Below are positions 25,110-37,445 of a stretch of 50,210 nucleotides of DNA, one piece after another. The stretch's first letter is position 1. Every line of letters begins with the position of its first letter. The stretch is from Octopus bimaculoides (lineage: Eukaryota). The stretch lies in the NCBI RefSeq assembly GCF_001194135.2, contig NC_068991.1, positions 18,459,562-18,509,771 on the forward strand, in the 5' to 3' direction. Below the pieces are notes generated by a model. That model was not told the origin of the DNA and did no database searches. It saw only the letters and a list, made by a program, of their open reading frames with translations. The position numbers and the translations under genes were made by a program.

Positions 25110-25839
25110 ACATATAAGCTCTGTGTATTTGCCGGTAGGCTGCGATATAGCATGGTGGAGACTACTCTCTCAAAGCGCCATGTGTTACGATACCTGAAAG
25201 TCAAGGACTGGTGAGATAACTCACCCCAGATCTCATTCAGGAGTGATGGACATCGATGTTTTGCCATATTTGTGGCTTATCAACATCACGTACCAGAACA
25301 GGATCGAAGATGAATCATATCACCAGTCTGCAACTTATATGTATATAGCGTGAAAACTACATGTGGGTATGTCCGAACAATGCATCGTAAGGATAAATTT
25401 AAACATGAAGAAGAAACAGTGCTAGTGTAATAACGTTATCGACCATACATACTTAACGTATATGCTTTGTGTATTTGCTGGTCGGCTGCGATTTGGCATG
25501 GTGAAGTCTACTCTCTCAAAGTGCCGGGTGTTAAAACACCTGAAAGTCATGGACAGGTGAGATAACTCACCTCATATTGGGTATATGATGTTGATAAGCC
25601 ACAAAAATTGGCAGAAACCAGTATGTTTTGAAAGTTATAATTCTCTAGTTACTCGTGCATTTTCACCGTTCCAAGAATTTTTGGTTCGATATTTGATTTA
25701 TTAACGGTTGCTTTTTCTAAAATTCTTTTTCTTTTTTACATATTTTTTAATCTGCATTTCATTCCTGTATATTTTGTATAGTTATAGCAAGTCTCTGACT
25801 GATTTTCTTGTTTACTCTGTTTCTCTTTTGCTGTTTTAG

Positions 25840-25992
25840 ACCAATCCTGTAGCACATCAAAGGTACTAGATGATGGAGACCCTCTTCTGTGTCCAGACGG
25901 ATACGTATGTCACATCGTTACACCAGAAAACCACGAACAGAACATTCCAAACCGAGGCTGGTGTGTTAAAGAAAAGGACGACAGAAACCATA
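25840..25992 (+). CDS. WFDC1: WFDC1-like exon, second cysteine-rich domain (phase 1 to 1)
   Basis: Long pyrimidine tract + TTAG, GTAAGT donor; (Y)QSCSTSKVLDDGDPLLCPDGYVCHIVTPENHEQNIPNRGWCVKEKDDRNH closely matches the WFDC1 motif CST.....PLLCP.GY.CHI.......IPNRG.CV. Confidence 0.9.
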
Positions 25993-26232
25993 GTAAGTAT
26001 ATGACAAATTGAGTTATATGTATGAAGTACACACACAAAAGTAGGTTGTTCCGAAAGCAATCTGAAAGTAGGTGTAACTTTTTTTATTAACTGGCATATG
26101 TCATTCAAATTCCACATATTGATAGACTAACTCTTCCTCTATAGTAACTTTTCTTCCTGTTCCTCTTCAATGTAAGCTATTTGACCATTGAGCAAATTAA
26201 AGAGCTGCCTATTGAAACCATTTTGAACCATA

Positions 26233-26628
26233 TGCGCAGGAGTGGCTGTGTGATAAGTAGCTTGCTTACCGACCACATGATTCCGGGTTCAGTCCCACTG
26301 CGTGGCACCTTGGGCAAGTGTCTTCTACTATAGCCTCGCGCCGACCAAAGCCTTGTGAGTGGATTTGGTAGCCGGAAACTGAAAGAAGCCCGTCGTATAT
26401 ATGTATATGTTTGTGTGTTTGTGTGTCTGTGTTTGTCCCACCAACATCGCTTGACAATCGATGCTGGTGTGTTTACGTCCCCGTAACTTAGCGGTTCGGC
26501 AAAAGAGACCGATAGAATAAATACTAGGCTTACAAAGAATAAGTCCTGAGGTCGATTTGCTCGACTAAAGGCGGTGCTCCAGCATGGCCGCAGTCACATG
26601 CCTGAAACAAGTAAAAAAGTAAAAGAGT
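26233..26628 (+). mobile_element. SINE family 3, full length
   Basis: Near-identical to 31791-32200. Confidence 0.9.
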
Positions 26629-26835
26629 ATATACTCGGTTAGCCCAAGGTATTCTCTCTTTTCCCTTCTGCACGTTTAATTTGTCTCTACTGAGGAAGGT
26701 GGTGTTGAGCATCCTGCTCAAATGGTAATGTGAAAAGGTTGTGTAAACATACACGGATGAAGTCACCGTGGTGGTGTCGGACATCACAAAAACCGAGAGA
26801 GTTCGAAGAGTGCTGAAAGGAATATGACGTGGTAA

Positions 26836-27020
26836 CAAAATACTTAGCAACATTTCGTTGGTCCTTACATTCTGAATTCAAATTCTGCCAAGTTCAAGTT
26901 TGCCTTTCATCCTTTTGGGTGTCGATAAATTAAGTACCAGTTGCATACTGGGGTCAATCTAATCGACTGGCCCCCTCCCCCAAAATTTTAGGCCTTGTGC
27001 CTATAGTAGAAAGGATTATT
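26836..27020 (+). mobile_element. SINE family 2 copy, 5'-truncated
   Basis: Matches body and tail of 16463 copy. Confidence 0.8.
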
Positions 27021-27060
27021 ACTATTATTATTAATCACAATCAAAATCAAAATCAAATTC

Positions 27061-27533
27061 GATGACAGCACCGCATGACTGGCATCTGTGCCAGTGGAGC
27101 ACTAAGAGCACCATCCAAGCGTGATCGTTGCCACAGCAGCTGATTGGCTTCCATGCAGGTGGCACGTAAAAAAATACCATTCGAGCGTGATCGTTACCAG
27201 CGTCGCCTTACTGGCACTTGTGCCGGTGGCACATGAAAAAAAAAAAAAAATTCGAGCAAGGTCGTTGCCAGCGCCGCTGGACTGGCTCCTGTGCAGGTGA
27301 CATGTAAAAAGCACCATTTAAGCATGGCCGATGCCAGTACCACCTGACTGGCCCTCGTGCCGGTGGCATGTAAAAGCACCCACTACACTCTCAGAGTGGT
27401 TGGCATTAGGATGGGCATCCGACTCTAGAAACACTGCCAGATCAGATTGGAGTCTAGTGCAGCCATCTGGTTCGCCAGTCCTCAGTCAAACCATCCAACC
27501 CATGCCAGCATGGAAAGCGGACGTTAAACGATG
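27061..27533 (+). mobile_element. SINE-like repeat (family 4) with internal array of about five 65-75 bp subunits
   Basis: Recurring ACTGGC..TGTGC.GGTGGCA..TAAAA..CACC.TT.GAGCGTG.TCGTTGCCAG units; ends GGAAAGCGGACGTTAAACGATGAT into (ATT)n; related ends at 30060-30190, 30560-30780, 42640-42890. Confidence 0.65.
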
Positions 27534-27552
27534 ATTATTATTATTATTATTA

Positions 27553-27617
<65 letters not shown>

Positions 27618-27665
27618 GTTAACGTTATTATTATTATTATTGTTAACGTTATTATTATTATTATC

Positions 27666-27698
<33 letters not shown>

Positions 27699-27848
27699 GT
27701 TATTATTATTATTATTATTAATATTATTATTATTATTATTTAATAATAATATTATTATTGTTAACGTTATTATTATTATTATTATTATCGTTATTATTAT
27801 TATTATTATTATTGTTATTACTATTATTATTATTATTAGTTATTATTA

Positions 27849-27903
<55 letters not shown>
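27534..27903. repeat. 370-bp (ATT)n microsatellite with interruptions
   Basis: Directly visible; source of poly-Ile/Leu/Tyr ORFs. Confidence 0.95.
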
Positions 27904-28398
27904 CATTTGTCTTCATACAGAAACATATGTTTACCATCTGTTTAATCAATAAGCTTGAGAATTTAGAGTGCTGGAATATGGTAGGGAACAAAGAAAAAAA
28001 AAATTTTAATCAAACCAAAAAAGAAAACATGTGAGCAAAACCAAGAAATGCTTGAAATCTGTTAAATCAGTTTGGAAGTGGGACAGTAAACATACCGACT
28101 ATGCAGCTGCAATGTCGTTCTTGTTGCTGTTGTTGTTGTTGTCACTGGTCAAATTTCAGAGGAGGAAACTTGTATTTCCAATTAGAGGTTGAATGTTTAT
28201 TAATTTATCATTTTTATGTAATTTAAAAAAAAAAAAGTATGAAATGGAATGTGTGCGTATGTATGTATGTATGTATGTATGTATGTATGTATGTATGTNN
28301 NNNNNNNNNNNNNNNNNNNNNNNNNNNNNNNNNNNNNNNNNNNNNNNNNNNNNNNNNNNNNNNNNNNNNNNNNNNNNNNNNNNNNNNNNNNNNNNNNN

Positions 28399-28443
<45 letters not shown>

Positions 28444-29784
28444 AAAATGGAAGTGTATTTTTACAATGTTTACAAATAACACGGAAATTAACACGGAAAT
28501 TAATGAATACTTACCAAGGTAGCAAAAATTCACACAAGTACCAAGGATGTAACAGTCTACTTATAAAGGTAGAAAGTCCAGGTTTTGGTGAAATGTTTTT
28601 GTATTACATAGATAAATAAATAAATGGAGTTAAACGCAGGTGTTATTCAAATCTTTTTACTTCCAACATATGCTCCGAAGAAAACATTGGTATTATTCCA
28701 GAAGGAATAAAATGATGTAAAACAATGCAATCTTCTCATCAGGGAAAGAAAGAAACCAAACACATCAGTAAGACATTTTAACACATGACTGTGTATATGA
28801 TGATGATGGGAACACTGGCACGTTCTTTTTAAAAAAACAGTCAATAGATATAACGTCAAAGGCAGTTTATAGAAAGAGAAGGAGGAGAAAGAAAGAAATT
28901 AACAGAAAACTAATAGTGGAGAGATACAGAGCAATAGGTGAATAGAAATAGAGCTTAAAGGCTTGGAAGTAGATATATTTAGTGGAAGTGAATTGTAAGA
29001 AGACAGTTAAAGGTCAAATTTTATAGAATGGTAGAAATTACTTGTAGGAACTAAAGGTATGTTTTTACCAATGTTTGCAATGATAAACATGTTTACAAAA
29101 GAATTCTCTTAGAACAGGATGAAATACATTTCATCGTTACAAAGTGGACAGAAAGATTTACCTTTATCATACGGAAATGATTAAGATAGAATATTCCATT
29201 CCAAATAAAATAGTTTATTGTAACCCTTTAGACACCTAATTAATTTACTATTCCCAGTATTATTATGTTTATTGATATGTCTAAATGTAGACTAATGATT
29301 AGAAATTCTTTTGGACAACTGAGATGAAGAACTACCTATATAAAAAAAGAAAATGTAAGGGAAGAATGCAAGAAAGAGGAAACAGAGAAGAGAGAAAAGA
29401 TGGCAGTAAACATGAAGGAAGCCTAATGTGAAGCAAATTCAAATATCCATTCATTTGTATAATTTTAGTGAAGTCATGGCTTGGTGTCCAAGTTTCATAA
29501 CAGATGGTTCTTGAAGTGCCTGCATTTCAAAATATCTCTGATCTGGTGTTTAAATACAAGTGCATCTTATTCTTGGTTTTGAGAATTTTACTCTTTCTGC
29601 TATGCATAGATCATACCTTTTCTTTCAATTTTTGTCGGGGTTAGATCTAAACCAACAAAAATGGAAGCAAAATATGAATACATAAGCATTGTATTTTGGC
29701 TGATGTGAAAACTTTTAGTTAGCATGCTATGCTATTAATCCTGTTGAATTAATAATGATACTTTTTTTTTTGTCTTTGAATCAG

Positions 29785-29899
29785 TGAAAGATTATGAACA
29801 AAGAGAACAAAAAACAAAACATATAGACCCAACCTCTTGTTATGAAGATTCCATAGTTTTCTTAAATGGAGCATCTGTACACTATAAAGGAAAATGGTG
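29785..29899 (+). CDS. WFDC1: Probable further WFDC1-like exon (phase 1 to 2), start of a VWC-like cysteine motif
   Basis: Poly-T tract + TCAG acceptor, GTAAGT donor, phase matches previous exon; (M)KDYEQREQKTKHIDPTSCYEDSIVFLNGASVHYKGKW(C/W). Following exon not identified; if unspliced the frame stops at TAA 29901-29903. Confidence 0.7.
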
Positions 29900-30254
29900 G
29901 TAAGTAGCATTCATACTCCTCCAGCAACAATACTTGATCTTTTTATAGAAGGTATAATAAAAAACAAAAATCACAAGCTATGACCACCTTCAAAAGCTGT
30001 ACCCATGTGCAACATTTTAGCTTCCTAAATGCAAAACAATTGTCTACAACTTGGAACAGATATTCATCATCATTATTTAATGTCTATTTCCCATGCTGGC
30101 ATGAGCTGGATGGTTCAACAGGTGAACCAAAGGACTGTGCCAAGGTTCAATATTGGCATGATTTCTATGGCTGGATGTTCTAATGCCAAATTCTTGTTTT
30201 TTTTTAATGCTTTTATGATTACAAGAAGTTGGGTAAACAGTCTTCACCTGTTTG

Positions 30255-30460
30255 ATACAAATCCACCTGAGACTACCTCTGATTCTATGTTACAAGCTTA
30301 TTTTAAAGTGATCTAAATTAACCCCTCCCTCTACTTCCATCAAAATTTCATGTTAATTTATGTTCCAAACACTGATTAATAACAACAGAATTATTTTACT
30401 AAAATTAATTGAAACAAAAGCAATGCATTTTAACAGAAATGTGGTAACAAAAGGGGTTAA
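30255..30460. mobile_element. Short dispersed repeat ending in GGGTTAA (piggyBac-type MITE-like); second copy about 38815-39040
   Basis: Both copies share TTTGATAC..., TTCATGTT..CCAAACAC and AACAGAAATGTGGTAAC.AAA.GGGTTAA; left end degenerate. Confidence 0.5.
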
Positions 30461-31275
30461 AGTCTCTCAGTAAAGACAAACACAGGCTTCACTGAACAAT
30501 CCTTTTACTGGTTTAGTCAAGTACTCCAAAACTGAAGAGATTTGTCCTCATCATCATCATTGTTTTAATGTACACTTTTTTTAATTCTTGTAAAGGTCAA
30601 ACAGTTTATTGAGTCAGATTTTCTATGGCTAGATACCCTTCCGGTTGCCAACCCTTACTTGTTTCCAAGTAATGGAATATTTCCTCATGGCCTGAGATGC
30701 TTCCACAGAATATTGGAAACGAATGACACTGCTTGTATGACAGTGATACTCATTTACAACTATCACATGATATCAAGACAAGGAGACACAAACATATGCA
30801 CAACTCACACACGCATACACATAACATAAACACATAAATACACACACACAAAAGCATATAAATACACACACACACACACATATGCGACAGGCTTCTTTCC
30901 ATTTCCGTCTACTAACCAAAACCACTTACAAAGCTTTGGTCAGTCCAAGGCTGACTGTAGCAGAAAGCAACTTGACCAAGATTCTGGACAGATGAATTGA
31001 ACCTGAAACCATGTGGTTGGGAAGCAAACTTCTCAACCACACAGCTACATCTGTGCCTGACATTTATAATTCATATTCCATTATCATTTAAAACATATTT
31101 TTCTCCATGACCATCTGTTTCGTTTCAAAGAAACAAACTGAATAGATTCAACTTTTGGTAAAGAGAGAAGCTTACATTCATTCAGCAATTTAAATGTATG
31201 GCTTAGCTAGGATGAAGAAAAAAGTGCAGCTGACCTTGTAAACACACTAAAAATAGAGAGTCTGACACTGTTTAA

Positions 31276-31496
31276 CCCTTTAGTGTTCAGATTAATCTGT
31301 TAAATGTAATACTTTTTTCACTCAAATTGTTTTGAATTAATCATGCATTATCTTACAGCTTTGAAATTTCGATGGTGAGACAGTTTATTCTCAGAATGTC
31401 ATTGTAAGTTAAGTGTGAGAGGCTAGATATGGCCAGTTTGAATGTAAATCATGTATTATATTTGGGCCGGATATGGCCGGCTTAAACACCAAAGGG
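31276..31496. mobile_element. piggyBac-type MITE
   Basis: TTAA at 31272-31275 and 31497-31500; TIR CCCTTTAGTGTT vs CCCTTTGGTGTT (11/12). Confidence 0.8.
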
Positions 31497-31790
31497 TTAA
31501 ACATTGTAAAAGTTTAAGTCTGGAATAATATTCCTGAGGATTTGAAGTTCTGGTTGATGATGGGTTGGATATAATGATTAGTATTGGTGCTGGGGTGGCT
31601 GGGTGGTAATCAATAGTGTGGTTGACGGTGAGCTTGGGTCGACATGCTCTGCAACTATAACTCAGAAATCTTGATATCATTTGTAGTAGTGGTAGAATAG
31701 ATAGAGAGATGTGAGACCACATGTGGGACAAGGGTTAAAGTGTGTTGCTAAGTGGGGTTTTTATCCTTTTAAAAAGAAATTACACAATAT

Positions 31791-32200
31791 AGGTGCAGGA
31801 GTGGCTGTGTGGTAAGTAGCTTGCTTACCAATCACATGGTTCCGGGTTCAGTCCCACTGCGTGGCATCTTGGGCAAGTGTCTTCTACTATAGCCTTGGGC
31901 CGACCAAAGCCTTGTGAGTAGATATGGTAGACGGAAACTGAAAGAAGCCCGTCATATATATGTATATATATGTGTGTGTGTGTGTGTGTTTGTGTGTCTG
32001 TGTTTGTCCCCCTAGTATTGCTTGACAACCGATGCTAGTGTACTTATGTCCCCATCACTTAGCGGTTCGGCAAAAGAGACCGATAGAATAAGTACTAGGC
32101 TTACAAAGAATAAGTCCCGGGGTCGATTTGCTCAACTAAAGGCGGTGCTCCAGCATGGCCACAGTCAAATGACTGAAACAAGTAAAAGAGTAAAAGAGTA
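31791..32200 (+). mobile_element. SINE family 3, full length
   Basis: A/B boxes in head, (AAAAGAGT) tail. Confidence 0.9.
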
Positions 32201-32434
32201 ATAAATCTTTGTAAAAGGATCACAGTTAAAGATGGGAAATGGTGATGGTAGAGTGTGTTTGCCATGATTACAAATATATCATTCTTTTCTCCTTAAAGTA
32301 TAAAATTTCTTCCTCTTCCATTTCTCTAAGAAAAGTTGAACAAATAAAATAAACAAATGAATGAAAAATAGAAATAATAAAAATAATCACACAAAATAAG
32401 TCTTTTGAAGTTTTGTTTTTAATATTATTAATTT

Positions 32435-33782
32435 AAGGCCATCTGTTCTTATGTTCTGAGTTCAAATGCTAATGAGGTTGACTTTGCCTTTTATCTTTTT
32501 GGGGTTGGTAAAGTAAGTACCAGATGAGTATTGAGGTCGATGTAATTGATTTACCCCTATCCCAAAATTACTGGCCTTGTGCCAAAATTTTAAACCGATA
32601 TTATTAAGTAAGATGGTGACCCGGTAGAATTGTTGTGTTGGACAAAATGCTTGTAAAATTCTGGTTCTTTACATTCTTAGTTCAAATTGCACCGAAGTCA
32701 ACTTTCCTTTTCATCCTATCAGGATTGATAAAAGAACCAGTTAAGTTCTGGTTGTTGATGTAAATAATTTGCCCACTTTCCTCAAAATTGCCAGCCTTGT
32801 GTGAAAATTAGACAGAAGTATTGAAGGTGCCAAGCTGGCAGAATCTTTAGAGCATCAGACAAAATGCTTAGCTCCATTTTTTTTTTTTTACTTTTCATGT
32901 TCTGAATTCAAATACCACCGAGTTCAACTTCACCTTTCATCCTTTCAGGATTGATAAAATAAGCACCAGTCATGTACTGGAGTCAATATAAACAGCAATT
33001 TGCATTGGACAAAACACATTGCTAAAATTGCCAAGAAGGCTGAGGGTGTCTTGGCATCACTTATCAAGTCCTTTGTGAGCCGCTCTCCGGCTATCTATCT
33101 GAGGCTTTATATAGCTATGGTGCAGCCTCACCTGGAATTTGCGTCTCCAGTCTCGAACCCCTATCTTGCCCAGGATATTTATCGTCTGGAAACCGTTCAG
33201 CGATGTGCAACCAAGAGAATACCCTCTATCAGGTATTTGCCATATTCTGAATGCCTTTCTTCCCTGAGCATGGATACATTGAAACTCTGACGTCTGGCAG
33301 CTGCCCATAAAGTTATCAACCATCTTACTCACAATAGCTCTGAGCACCTTTTCAAATTCCACCTGTCTAACACCCGTGGACATGTTTACAAAGTCAGAAA
33401 ACAGCACAGCTCCTATGACTTTTGGAAACACTTTTTCACGCTAAGAGTTGTTGAAGTATGAAACAAACTGCCGGTATCAGTTGTTAGTTGTCTGAGCACT
33501 GCATTCTTCAAAACTTCCATGCTTCCTGAGATTCGCCGACACTACACCTGATTTTCTCCCCTCCATACACACACAAGCATGTATCTGACTTATACACTGT
33601 TCACTTTCCAGATATTTGTACAATACTGCATATGCTTTATGCGCACTTTTGACAAGTTGTAGTGCACCTGAGCACTGTATACAATAATTTCATTATTATA
33701 ATTGACTTGCCCTTCCTCTCAAAATTATTGGTCTTGTGCCAAAATTAGAAAGAAGTACTAAAGGTGCTAAGCTGGCAGGATA
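32435..33782 (+). mobile_element. Head-to-tail cluster of three or more diverged SINE family 2 copies, the third split by a LINE
   Basis: TTCTGAGTTCAAAT / ACTTT.CCTTTCATCC / AAAATT..TGGCCTTGTG motifs recur at about 32455, 32675, 32900; a fourth head starts at about 33760. Confidence 0.75.
32992..33700 (+). mobile_element. CR1/L2-type LINE 3' fragment (RT C-terminus, 3'UTR, ATT tail)
   Basis: HWTKHIAKIAKKA...LYIAMVQPHLEFASPV.NPYL..DI.RLE.VQR.ATK.IP...L.Y.E.L..L...TL, then NTRGH..K and FF..RVV..*N.LP; tail TTTCATTATTATA; TATAA at 32987-32991 and 33697-33701. Confidence 0.9.
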
Positions 33783-34531
33783 ACTGATTATGTGAACATT
33801 GTTGGAAAACAATTGTTCGAAAACAATTATTTGAAAAACATTTATTTGAATGGAAAATTGTATGAAAGAAAATTATTCAAAAGGACAATTATATGAAATG
33901 TTAANNNNNNNNNNNNNNNNNNNNNNNNNNNNNNNNNNNNNNNNNNNNNNNNNNNNNNNNNNNNNNNNNNNNNNNNNNNNNNNNNNNNNNNNNNNNNNNN
34001 NNNNNNNNNNNNNNNNNNNNNNNNNNNNNNNNNNNNNNNNNNNNNNNNNNNNNNNNNNNNNNNNNNNNNNNNNNNNNNNNNNNNNNNNNNNNNNNNNNNN
34101 NNNNNNNNNNNNNNNNNNNNNNNNNNNNNNNNNNNNNNNNNNNNNNNNNNNNNNNNNNNNNNNNNNNNNNNNNNNNNNNNNNNNNNNNNNNNNNNNNNNN
34201 NNNNNNNNNNNNNNNNNNNNNNNNNNNNNNNNNNNNNNNNNNNNNNNNNNNNNNNNNNNNNNNNNNNNNNNNNNNNNNNNNNNNNNNNNNNNNNNNNNNN
34301 NNNNNNNNNNNNNNNNNNNNNNNNNNNNNNNNNNNNNNNNNNNNNNNNNNNNNNNNNNNNNNNNNNNNNNNNNNNNNNNNNNNNNNNNNNNNNNNNNNNN
34401 NNNNNNNNNNNNNNNNNNNNNNNNNNNNNNNNNNNNNNNNNNNNNNNNNNNNNNNNNNNNTATGTATGTATGTATGTATGTATGTATGTATGTATGTATG
34501 TATGTATGTATGTATATATATATATTTCTAT

Positions 34532-34750
34532 AGGTGTAAGAGTGGCTGTGTGGTAAGTAGCTTGGTTACCAACCACATGGTTCCGGATTCAGTCTCACTG
34601 CATGGCACCTTGGGCAAATGTCTTCTGCTATTGCCTTGGGCTGACCAAAGCCTTGTGAGTGGATTTGGTAGACGGAAACTGAAAGAAGCCCGTCGTATAT
34701 ATGTATATGTATATATATATGTATGTCTGTGTGTGTATATGTTTGTGTGG
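34532..34750 (+). mobile_element. SINE family 3, 5' half
   Basis: Matches first 210 bp of 31791 copy. Confidence 0.85.
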
Positions 34751-36758
34751 ATCAACTTCGTTTCTACATAATTTTGTTGAAAATACATGTTCTAAAATCA
34801 CATTTTGCAGAGATACGTTTTGGAGAGAGTAGGTTACAGTTATGTTGATAAAAATACTGATAAATTCAACCGAGCTTCAAATCATTCCTTTCCTAACTTC
34901 GATTTCTTATGGCTCTTTCAAATGTATACATTTAAAAAGAAATTTGGCAGAGATAAATTTTCAGAAGTAGGGAGTATAGAATTTTGACAGAGAGGCATTT
35001 TACCCCGAAATTTTTATCAACATAAACATAAACTATACCTTCGAAAGCGTATCTCTTATAAAATTTCGCTAACAAATATGTATTTTAAAGAAAGTTACAA
35101 AGGAACATTCGGCGGGATGGGGATAGAATAATTCCCAAATTCAGCAAATTAGTTTATTTTTAATTTGACAATGTAATCGTAATTGTAAACGTATTTTTGC
35201 AAAATTTTATTCAAAAACATGCATTTTAAAGACTTATATATATAGCAATGAGGAAACGAAGTTGAAGAGTAGGTATCAAACTAAAGTCATGTCGATATCT
35301 GATGTTAAAGAGATTTCTATTAATTATTTCTAACATCATTTACCAGATAGAAATAGTTGGAAGGAAAAATAAAGGAAAATATTATAGATCAGCCGTAAAT
35401 TGCAAAATGGATCATAAGAATGACTCGGTGATCTTACTATAAATCGAAAATAAAACTTAGATTTATAAGGCAATTGAAAGATTTCAAAGTTGGGGTGGTA
35501 TGGATATATAGCCGACAAGATGGATCCAAGAACTCAGTTGGCTCCTATTTTAGCGACTCTGCAAGGATAAAAGATAAAGATGGTCTGAATGGTATTTGAA
35601 CTCAGAACGTTAAAGTATGCAATTAAATATCGCAAGATATTGTATTCGTTATTTGAGTGATTCTGACGATAACGATCTAAAAAAAAAAAAAAAATTTAAT
35701 AGTATCATCTTGAATGGGGCATAACTCGTACTTACAAGGGAGACAACTTTCTCGCTATTTGATAAATCATGAAAAGATACAATTCAATAGGCGTTATTAT
35801 TATTATTATATGAATTATTTAGTTGTTATTGAGTGACTTTAATTAGCTTTGCTTGGGCTGTGTACGAGCTCATTCTTAATCACATCCCTATACACCAACA
35901 ACTGAGCTTCCGCAGACCCATTCCTGTATATCAATGGACAATATTTGACATCCTAGCTTGAACAAGACATCAAATGAAGCAAAAATTGTTTTAGAGTCAT
36001 AATTTATTAATGTAAATAAGGAAATGCATATCGTAACTTAAATAAAAATTAAAAAACGGATGAACATTGTTTAGAAATAATACATTTCTAAATCTCTCAG
36101 AGAGATTTATGCAATAGAAATACGATGAAGTAGTTGTATGCTGTCAACTTAATGTGACAGTCCCCTGAAGGGAATAATACTACTGTTGGTTAGACCTAGG
36201 AAGCGGTGCAGCTTCCTAGGTCTAACCAACAGTATTATTATTTTAATTCAGAAAACACCAGCAGATTTTTCATGCAACTCTGCATTTCCTGGTGGCCCAA
36301 TTTTTGGAGAAACTGTTCTATGCTAACTCTAGCTTCTGTGAGAAGTCAATCAAATCTCTAAAATATTTAAAAACAGGGAAGACAACCACAGTCATAGGTC
36401 TGCTTTAAGGCTAACTTGAGGCTAAAATTACAATAACAACAAAATCTATGCACTTATTAAAATTTGGTGTAATTCATTTACAAGATATATATTAATTGTT
36501 TGTTAGTGAAGTTAAATTGCCAGCCATATGGTCATAAGTTCAATATTTACTAATGTTATTGTATTTTTGTCCTGAGCAATGTCTCAAAGTCTCTTTATTC
36601 AAGTTTATCAAACTAAAACAAAAAGCAGGCTTGACTTGTGTTTTACGGTTGAGTCCTTGGAGTCAAAACACTTATATGCTGTACTTGGGGTAAAAAAACA
36701 TTCATTTATTCACAAATAAATAACAAAGAAAATATCACTAAGAATTGTNNNNNNNNNN

Positions 36759-37092
36759 TGGAACAGCCTGCTCGGGAAATTAACGTGCAAGTGGCTGAGC
36801 ACTCCACAGACACGTGTACCCTTAACGTAGTTCTCGGGGATATTCAGCGTAACACAGAGTGTGACAAGGCTGACCCCTTTGAATTACAGGTACAACAGAA
36901 ACAGGAAGTAAGAGTGAGAGAAAGTTGTGGTGAAAGAGTACAACAGGGTTCGCCACCATCCCCTGCCGGAGCCTCGTGGAGCTTTAGCTGTTTCCGCTCA
37001 ATAAACACTCACAACGCCCGGTCTGGGAATCAAAACCGCGATCCTATGACCGCGAGTCCGCTGCCCTAACCACCAGGCCATTGTGCCTCCAC
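36759..37092 (-). mobile_element. SINE family 1 with 10-bp target-site duplication
   Basis: ACTAAGAATT at 36737-36746 and 37094-37103; tail lies in the small gap. Confidence 0.9.
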
Positions 37093-37239
37093 TACTAAGA
37101 ATTAAAAACAGATTGTAAAAAACACAAAACAGAACAAATAAATAAAAAATATATACATCATTCAAGGGCTAAAGGGGATTTCTGTGTATATTAACAATTT
37201 TTAATGCTCCCTGTATGATTGTAGCTTGCCAAGTACAAC

Positions 37240-37445
37240 ATTCTCTTATGGGCTCACTATGCATTTGCAAGGAACTGTTGCAATACATTACATAACACAC
37301 CATTAAACAAAATCAATAGAAAAATATTAACAGATGATGTGTCCATACTTGATAAAATTCCCCACAGAAATAGACAATTGATTAAAGAAGCAATATCCAT
37401 ATTGCAACACAAGGTCACAATAAACACACAAATAACACAACATAC
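37240..37445 (+). mobile_element. Penelope-like element GIY-YIG remnant (different subfamily)
   Basis: Frameshifted LTMHLQGTVAIHYITHH...RKILTDDVSILDKIPHRNRQLIKEAISILQHKVTINTQ fits PLE pattern RLTMHLQ.G.I..H....H....R..L....I.......L.I.EA..I....P.IN.Q. Confidence 0.65.

Noticed and set aside
27061-27400. Regularly spaced 65-75 bp repeats resembling a CRISPR array
   Set aside because: Whole units are degenerate copies with no unique spacers, inside a eukaryotic dispersed repeat; no cas genes.
27531-27952. Poly-Ile/Leu/Tyr membrane-protein-like ORFs
   Set aside because: Translations of the (ATT)n microsatellite.
36332-36410. (C)FCEKSIKSLK... as continuation of the VWC-like motif
   Set aside because: Phase fits but the pyrimidine tract is poor and the following residues lack the expected G..C pattern.
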